9,740 nt of DNA from Fonticula alba ATCC 38817 (Eukaryota; Protista; Nucleariida). Under the pieces are notes generated by a model. That model made no database searches and was not told the DNA's origin. It was given only the letters and a program-made list of their open reading frames with translations. Position 1 is the stretch's first letter; each line of letters starts with the position of its first letter. The position numbers and the translations under genes were made by a program. Below, piece by piece: positions 1 to 6,886 of the stretch. The DNA lies in assembly GCA_000388065.2 (NCBI GenBank), contig KB932202.1, one strand, 5' to 3'.

Positions 1-1220
1 CCCTCTTGCCGCCTCGTCCCTCTTTAGCCGCCCCCCGCCCCTCCCCAGTCACCAGGCCCACCCACGTCCAGATGTGGCCGATCCTTTAGCCGCCCCCCCC
101 CCCCTCCGAAAGGAGAACTGGTCTGGGCGTTGGGTCCTGGCAGGCCCGGCGGGCCGTCCGCATGCTTGAACCCATGCCTACAGAGGGAGGTATGGCCGGA
201 AGGGAGCAACCCCCCCTTTTCCCCGGTGCCCGGGGGACATCCGCCTCCCCTGCCGAGTCCGGAGGGAGGGGCCCGGGGGGCGTTATCACACTCACGTTGG
301 CGCACGCCAGCCGCCACTTCGGCCATATGCCACCGCGTCGACGGAAGCCGACAGAGCGCCCCAGTCTGGACCGTTACATCCCAGACAGCAGGGAACTAGG
401 ACCAAGACGCCACAGGGGGGGCGGGGGGGGGGGGGGAAACCCACACTGGGAAGAGCCCGAGCCACCCCACGGCTCGGCCCTGTCCCCGCCCCTGCCTTCC
501 CCCCCCCCCCCTCTGGGCCCAGGGAAGAGGAGGGACAGAGGAAGGGCTAGCGGGAGGGCGGGGGGAGGGAGGAACGTGCACATCAATCGGAGAGGGGGGG
601 GGGGGACGTGCCTGGTGTGTGTGTGAGCTGGAGGCACGCAAGGCGGCGTATGGCCCCGCGCATGAAGCCCTCCCCAGCCTGCAAAAACACGAAAAAAAAG
701 CGTGCGCTTATAATATTCCGGAATTTGTCCATGTCTTGCTGGTTTTCAGTTCCTTTCGCCTACACCAGAATCGGAGGAACGAAGAGGGCAGCGCGGGGGG
801 GAGAGGGGGGGGGGGCCGCCGCACTGTGGGGCGAGGACGCTGATATTTCCGTGACCCTTCCCCGTCCTGCCCCCCCCCTTGGTTGAGTCCACTCGGGGGG
901 AATGAAGAACCATTCGTGCGGGGGGGGCGGGGGGCGCTGCACAGGGGGCGGGGTGTTGGTAAGCGCGACGGGGCCCGCCGCCCAGCCAAGGACGCCCATC
1001 CCCGCCTGTGGTCGAACAGGGACCAGAGGGGTGGCCCTCCGGCGCCCTGTCCGGGAGACGAAAGGTTCGGGGGGCGCGGGTGATGTGTCGTGGGCTGCGC
1101 CCGGGGGGGAGGGGGGGGGCGAGAGAGGGGACCTAGAGCGGAGAAATGTGTCACCCTACTCCTTCGCCCTGGTTCGGCGAAGACCAGTTAAATGTTTTCC
1201 CCTGTTTGGGCGCACCGGCC

Positions 1221-1244
1221 CGCGCGCGCGCGCGCGCACACGCG
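1221..1244. repeat. (CG)8 run extended by CACACGCG; 24 nt of alternating pyrimidine-purine
   Basis: Read directly: cgcgcgcgcgcgcgcgcacacgcg. Confidence 0.9.
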
Positions 1245-1274
1245 AGCGACCCCCTCGGGCGCTTTGACTACCAA

Positions 1275-1494
1275 NNNNNNNNNNNNNNNNNNNNNNNNNN
1301 NNNNNNNNNNNNNNNNNNNNNNNNNNNNNNNNNNNNNNNNNNNNNNNNNNNNNNNNNNNNNNNNNNNNNNNNNNNNNNNNNNNNNNNNNNNNNNNNNNNN
1401 NNNNNNNNNNNNNNNNNNNNNNNNNNNNNNNNNNNNNNNNNNNNNNNNNNNNNNNNNNNNNNNNNNNNNNNNNNNNNNNNNNNNNNNNNNNNNN
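1275..1494. other. Assembly gap (220 N)
   Basis: Run of N. Confidence 0.99.
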
Positions 1495-1530
1495 TGTTGC
1501 ACGCCCTCCCGCGCGCCTACACTCCCCTGT

Positions 1531-1729
1531 GTATGTTGCACCGCATGCCAGAATGATTCAGCCGCGCCATGGCTGCTCCACTCTCCGCCGCCATGCTGTT
1601 TCACTTCCTCCTCCTCGCCGCTCGCCTCCTGGACAGGGAGTAGCCCCACCCCCACTCTAACCGTCTTGCTGCCCCGTGCATCCCTTCCCCGCCTTCGGCC
1701 CCCCTCCCCGCCGCCCCCCGTCCCCAAAG
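1531..1729 (+). other. Probable 5'-UTR intron of the VAP gene
   Basis: GTATGT donor at 1531, CTCTAAC branch-like motif at 1655-1661, then a C-rich tract with no AG until AAG at 1727-1729, 5 nt before the ATG. The true donor could instead lie in the upstream N gap. Confidence 0.55.
1569..1643 (+). other. 24-codon upstream ORF (MAAPLSAAMLFHFLLLAARLLDRE*)
   Basis: Two in-frame ATGs in strong contexts (gccATGg at 1569, gccgccATG at 1593), many C-ending codons as in the real genes, TAG at 1641-1643. The ORF exists in the sequence; translation is not demonstrated. Confidence 0.35.
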
Positions 1730-1734
1730 CCAAG

Positions 1735-2796
1735 ATGCAGATACTTTCTTTCAGCTCGCAGCGACTTTTCTTCGACGCCAGCGCCGAGAACCAGAGCTAT
1801 GACATTGTTGCCACCAACAACACCGACGAGCATGCCTATTTTAAAGTCCGGACAAACAACCCCCGCCAGTACTTCGTGCGCCCCTCCCTCGGGTCCATCC
1901 CCCCCAATGGCTCGCAGGTGATTTCTTGTACGTCTCCCCCCCTCGCCTCACTTTTCTCTCCTTCTCCCTCCCCTTGCTGACGTCTCTCTCTCTCTCTCTC
2001 TTCCTCCTGCCACCCCTCTGCGGCCGTGCCCCAGTCGTCCTCGTCCACGGAGTAACCCCCCAGCCGGACCACCGTGACCGCTTCATCATCCTGGCCGCCC
2101 CGATCTCCAAGGAGCAGCATGATGCTCGCCAGGCCTCTGGTGCTGACATCGTACGTGCCGCCCCATTTCCTGTCACCTCCCCTCGTCGCCGCTGCGTCTC
2201 CGCCCCTCCCTCCCTCTCTAACGAGCTTGTTGCCCCCCCCCCCCCAAAAAAAAACAATGCCTTCTCCCCCCCCCTCTCTCTCTTCCCCCCATTCAGTGGG
2301 AGGATGTTAGCAAGGCTTACCCCGACTTCCAGAAGACCAAGATGGACGTCAAGATCCAGTTCCCCACTGAGGCCGACGCCGCTGCCAAGAAGGCCGACGC
2401 CGCTGCCAAGCCCGCTGCCACTGCCTCCGGCTTCCAGGCCACTCCCGCCTCCTCAGATGCCACCCTGCAGCAGCGCAAGCCTGCCACCGGCGCCGCCAAG
2501 CCCGCTGACGCCCAGGTTTCCTCCCGCGTACGTGCATTGCCTCCTCCCGCTGCGCCATCTCGCCCTTGTCCGGCCCTGCGCCGAGCATGCTGCAGCAGAC
2601 CGTCTGACCCCTCTCCCTGCGTCTCTCTCTCTCTCTCTCCCGCGCCTGATGTGCACACCGGCTCCCCCATGCGCAGGCCCCTGCCAGCACCGCGACCACC
2701 GTCACCAAGAAGTCCGGCACCAGCCCCATGCTGTTCATCCTGCCGCTGGTCATCCTGCTCGGTATTGCCGCTGCCTACTTCTTCAAGTTCAAGTGA
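1735..2796 (+). CDS. VAP: VAMP-associated protein (VAP/Scs2 family): N-terminal MSP domain, Ala/Lys/Pro-rich linker, C-terminal transmembrane tail anchor; 4 exons, 219 aa
   Basis: Exons join(1735..1927,2035..2150,2297..2527,2677..2796) = 660 nt, open frame ending in TGA at 2794-2796. All three donors are GTACGT and all acceptors are CAG, with phases 1/0/0 consistent. The MSP signature FKVRTNNPRQYFVRPSLGSI matches the VAP consensus FKVKTTAPxxYCVRPNSG. DRFIIL matches the HKFMVQ strand. The C-terminus MLFILPLVILLGIAAAYFFKFK is a hydrophobic anchor with a short basic end. An extra upstream coding exon cannot be excluded because a splice acceptor lies at 1728-1729 and a gap lies upstream. Confidence 0.93.
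2370..2410 (+). repeat. Perfect 20-nt direct repeat (period 21) encoding ADAAAKK-ADAAAKP in the VAP linker
   Basis: aggccgacgccgctgccaag at 2370-2389 and 2391-2410. Confidence 0.9.
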
Positions 2797-2895
2797 TTGG
2801 CTCCCGCCCCCCCCCTCCCGGAGCGGAGGAGACCCCCCCCCTTCCCAGCCCCCTCCTCCCCCTTTCTCCGTATGCGCGGCGCCGCCTCCCTCCTT

Positions 2896-3007
2896 NNNNN
2901 NNNNNNNNNNNNNNNNNNNNNNNNNNNNNNNNNNNNNNNNNNNNNNNNNNNNNNNNNNNNNNNNNNNNNNNNNNNNNNNNNNNNNNNNNNNNNNNNNNNN
3001 NNNNNNN
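2896..3007. other. Assembly gap (112 N) between the convergent VAP and CUSTOS-like 3' ends
   Basis: Run of N. Confidence 0.99.
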
Positions 3008-3099
3008 GGGGGGCATCGCGCGATCTATTTGCATGAGACGCCTCCCCTTCGGCGTCTTCATGGGCACGCGGGAGGAGGACTGCGGCTGTGCACGCCGCG

Positions 3100-4342
3100 C
3101 TACTGCAGGGAAAGGGCGCTCTTGCGGATGTCCGACGCACATACGGCCACCGTGCCAAGCAGGGCCAGCCGGCGTTGGTGCTCGGAGTCCGACACATCCG
3201 AGTCCGAATCGGAGTCCGAATTCAAGTTGGAGATGGCCACCGGGGCGGGTTTTTTCGAGGCAGTCGCCAGGGGAGTCGAGGTCGAGGCCTTCCTGGAGCG
3301 CTTCGACGCCGGAGGAGCTGCCAGAGCACCGGCAGGCCGATCGGTGCGCTTGACAGCCGCCTCGCTGACACGGCGGCGCGCAGGGTGTCAGTCTTTCCGG
3401 CCGCCATATACATGCGTGTGCTTGGGTGAGAGAGCAGCCAGTGTGTCGATCTGGACGCACCAATATGGCGGAGAGGCATCCTCACGAGCCAGGAGCTGGA
3501 AGCCACACAGCACTGGGCCGAGAGAGTGGAACCCAGCGGACAAGATCCCGACGGAGGGGGAGAGGGGGGGGGGAAGGGGGGGGGGGCATAGCCGCGTTAG
3601 TGGGGCAAAAAAGGAAAGGCACGGGGCGCGGAGAGCGGGCAGGCATAGCTGGTCGCCATGTCGCGCAGGGAGGCGCACCGGGCGGGCAGGCCGGAGCGGC
3701 CGGCAGCACACGGCCGGCCTCGAACGCAACGCGCGACTCACCAAACACCTGGTCCATCAGGTGCAGATAGCGCTTGCTCAGGTGGCGCTTCATCTCGCGC
3801 TCCTCATGCAGAGACATGTTATCGCGATTGGGCCGCCGACTTGATCCCGAGTGGCTGGCCTCGGCGTCCGCGCCATCCAGCGCATCGCCCCCCTCGGCCC
3901 CGTAGATGGCCTGCCGAATGGATGGCTTGGCGCGCAGCCGGGCGAGGGCGGCCGCATCCCGGGGGCCATTGCGCTGCCCGGGAGTAACTGCGCTGCCTCG
4001 CGATGGGGCCGCCAGGTAGAAGACGATCTTGTCCCGAAAGATGCGCACTCGATCCCCCTCATTCAGGGTGATCGGATGCTCGCAAGTGTGTGCGACGACG
4101 GCCAGCCCCGAGGCCGCCGGCGATTCGGGCGGACTGGCCGGGCTGGCAGCCGACGCGGCTGGCGTGGCTGGGCTGGTGATGGAGGGCGTCGGGCGCGGTG
4201 ACGCAGGAGTGGCAGCCGCGACTGGCAGTCCCAAGGATGCAGACGCCTCGTTGGCAATCTGGCTCAGCTGCTGCCGGAGAAGATCATCCGAGTCAGAGTC
4301 GCTGTCAGAGTCGCTGTCGAGGGGACGCCGGGCGGGCGGCAT
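3100..4342 (-). CDS. Acidic low-complexity nuclear protein, probable CUSTOS/C12orf43-like; 3 exons, 305 aa
   Basis: Exons complement(join(3100..3364,3461..3512,3742..4342)) = 918 nt. ATG is in accaccATG context with an in-frame upstream TAG at 4369-4367. Intron 1 (3741-3513): GTGAGT, branch CACTAAC, CAG. Intron 2 (3460-3365): GTGCGT, branch GACTGAC, CAG. Phases 1 and 2 are consistent and TAG is at 3102-3100. Motif order recalls human C12orf43: N-terminal DS tract plus short helix; MKRHLSKRYLHLMDQVF (cf. FRAHVAKKLGALLDSFI); CGFQLL (cf. DGFRLF); second DS tract plus GTVAVCASDIRKSAL (cf. EAAVSASDILQESAI). The CDS is well supported; the family call is moderate (about 0.55) and from memory. Confidence 0.8.
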
Positions 4343-4491
4343 GGTGGTGTGCTTTCGTCGGCTGGTCTATGCCTGTGTCTTTTTTTCTTTCGCGATATGC
4401 GTGTTTGTGCGATTGTACTTGCGACCAACGGCGAGGAGGATGGCTGGAGGCAAAGACACAAGAGAGGGGGGAGGGGGGCAAGAGGGGGAGG

Positions 4492-4524
<33 letters not shown>

Positions 4525-5108
4525 GGGAAGGGGGACAGGACGCAGGCGAGCGGGTCTTGCCTGCCCCCCCCCTGGCTGAACCCCACCTCGTGCCCCGGGC
4601 CCAAAAACAAGACCCAGCGTCGCGGCCTCCAAGGAACTCTCAGGGAGCCCGTGGTGGGCGTCGATCCGCCCGGCGAATTGCCACCGAATGCCGTGAATCA
4701 GGTCACGTGCATGCGGGTGCAGCATGGCCAGCCCCGGGCAAGCACATCCCAACTGCCTGCGCCCGCGCGCGGGCGCCCCCGCCCAGGCGCTTGCACCTGG
4801 TCCCGCTTCCCCCCGCCCCCCCCCACCACGCCCCTTCCAGCCTCGCGGGCTGACAGGCCCGAAAAGCGACAAGTGGTACCTGCCCTCCCATGCGGAGTCT
4901 CGGACTCCGAGGAGACACCGAAATCCACTCCCCCCCCCCCTCCCTATTCCTCGTCTCTCCGCCCATCGATTCTTGCCTGATCCCCACCCAGCACTCCTCC
5001 CCCCCCCCGGTTCATCTCCCTTCATCCCTCCCCACCACCCGGCCCATCCCCAGATCTCTCGGCTCCCAGGATCCGCGCATAGTCCGCCCGACGCGCGTGC
5101 ACGAAACC
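4343..5108. promoter_or_regulatory. Divergent (head-to-head) intergenic region shared by the CUSTOS-like gene and UTP13; contains GTCACGTG E-box at 4702-4709
   Basis: 766 bp between two outward-facing start codons. Pyrimidine tracts lie on the sense strand of each gene (minus strand at 4461-4535, plus strand at about 4930-5040). Transcription start sites are not determinable from sequence. Confidence 0.6.
4461..4535. repeat. Polypurine/(GA)n microsatellite tract (CT-rich on the sense strand of the minus gene)
   Basis: Nearly pure A/G for 75 nt, including an uninterrupted (GA)n stretch at about 4492-4516. Confidence 0.9.
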
Positions 5109-6815
5109 ATGTCGTCCGTGATCCTCCTCAAGGAGAAGTGCGTTCCATTTGGTCTCCCCTTTTTGCGGCAGCCCGTCTTCCCGGACGTTCGCTGACCCAT
5201 GCCCGCTTCTCGTTCCATCTCCCTCCCCCTCCCCTTCTTTCTTCCCCGCAGCTTCAAGCCTTCCAAGCGGATCGAAAACTTTTACGATGGCGGCTCCATC
5301 GCCATGTCGGCTGACGGCCAGTTCCTCCTGTGCGAGGGTGGATCTGGTGCTGAGGACATGGAGGGGTCTGATGTGACTCTTGGTGGCGCGCGTCTCGTCA
5401 ACATGGAGACCGGCGCCATCGTCAGCTCCCTCAGTGGTGTATGTACCCCCCTTCCCCCCGCCCCCCCCCCACCCCCATGTGTGCTTGCCCGCATCTGGCA
5501 TTTGCTCCCTGCCCTTTGGCCAATCCGCTCGGCGGATTTCTCACATCTCCGTCACTGCTTTCTCCTTTGCAGGACTCCCAAGCCATCACCTCGCTGTTGT
5601 TGCGCGACACCGCCGCCGGCCCGGCCGCTGAGGCCATTCTGGCCAGCCGGAGCCTGCAGATCCGCATTGTGGACACCGCGTCTGGCCGCGTGGTTCGGTC
5701 CTTCAAGGCTCATGATGTCCCAGCTGTGACGATGATCTTGGACCGTTCGAACAGCCTCCTGGCCACCGGCTTCTCCGATGGCACGGTCCGCGTTTGGGAC
5801 CTCGAGCGTGGCTTCATCACGCACCACTTCCGCGCCCACCGCGGTCCGGTGACCTCATTGCTGTTTGTGCGCGAGGGCAGCGCCGCCACTTCTCGCTCGG
5901 TTGCCCAGGCCGCCAGCCTCAAGGGCGATCTCAAGTCGGGCGAGCTCGATGGGTACGCTTACGCTTTGGATGTTCTCCCTCCGTCCTTTCCCCTTCTCCC
6001 CTCTTTCGGATTCCATCTCTTCCCTCCCCCCGCCCCCTCCCTCTCTCCCCCCCTCTCTCCCTCTCTCTTTCATCCATGCTCCCTTCCTGCCCTCCGCTGT
6101 TGACTCTTTCCTTCTTGCTTCCCCCCTTCCCCACAACCCCATTCACCAGTTGGGTCCTCGCTTCCGGCGGTGATGATGGTGTCATCTGCCTTTGGGACCT
6201 GGAGTCCCGTGCCCTTGTGTCCTCCCTGCAGAGCCATGTCAGTGCGGTGTCGGCCCTGAGTGTGGCCGCCGATGGGTCACGTCTTCTGTCGGCCTCTCGC
6301 GACAAGGTCGTTTGTCTTTGGGATGTGTCCCTGGCTCTGGCGGAGGGTCGCGCTCGGAGTGCCGGTTCCCGGGCGTCCACCGCCTCGGCCAAGGTCCTGC
6401 TCCAGACAATTCCCGTGCTCGAGGTGCGCATCGCTCCGACCGGACCTCCTGGCCCTTTCCTTTGCGCCCTCCTCACCACTCATTTCATCCCTTCGCTCTC
6501 CCCCCCCCCCCCCCCCCCTCCCTTCTTCCCCCCTCCCCCCCCCCCCCACAACCCCCCTGCTGAGCCCGGCCGACGTGCCGGTCGGTTGTGCTGCCGATCT
6601 GCCCTCGGGTCATATCCTTTTCTTCACGGCCGGCGACCGAGGAACCGTGCGCGTGTGGAACGCCAACACCGGTGCTTGCATCGGCGAGTCTTCCAAGGAC
6701 TCCCCAAACCAGGCCTTCCACTGTGCCTTGTATGTGCCGTGTCTTCGTCATTCTTCACCGTCGGTTCTTTGCCTGCCTCCTGTCTCCTTCCGATCCTTAC
6801 CCTGCCTTCTCCGAC

Positions 6816-6886
<71 letters not shown>

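Noticed and set aside
327-626. Plus-strand ORF MPPRRRKP...SLDRYIPDSR with a C-box-like DRYIP (369-383), as in Cdc20/Cdh1
   Set aside because: The C-box needs DR[YF]IPxR and the Arg is displaced; codons are A-ending unlike the real genes; the frame runs into G/C homopolymers and no WD40 exons follow.
900-915. GAATGAAGAAC resembling the 5.8S rRNA GATGAAGAAC motif, within a 5-bp hairpin
   Set aside because: No flanking rRNA similarity; too short to be meaningful.
2516-2527. Alternative in-frame donor CAG|GTTTCC that would drop VSSR from VAP
   Set aside because: Poor match to the local donor consensus, whereas GTACGT at 2528 is identical to the other two VAP donors.
1926-3844. Long ORFs 1926..3353 and 2342..3844 (+) and others spanning N gaps
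   Set aside because: They read through introns, homopolymers and Ns; stop codons are scarce at this GC content. Only the exon portions are real.
4444-4590. Possible 5'-UTR intron of the minus gene (acceptor TTGCCTCCAG at 4444 after a CT tract)
   Set aside because: No CTRAC branch motif or convincing donor found; the tract may simply be UTR or promoter sequence.
6563-6641. GAG acceptors at 6563-6564 and 6640-6641 for UTP13 exon 5
   Set aside because: Both are out of phase with the 6424 donor, and the second would delete the conserved FFTAGD strand.
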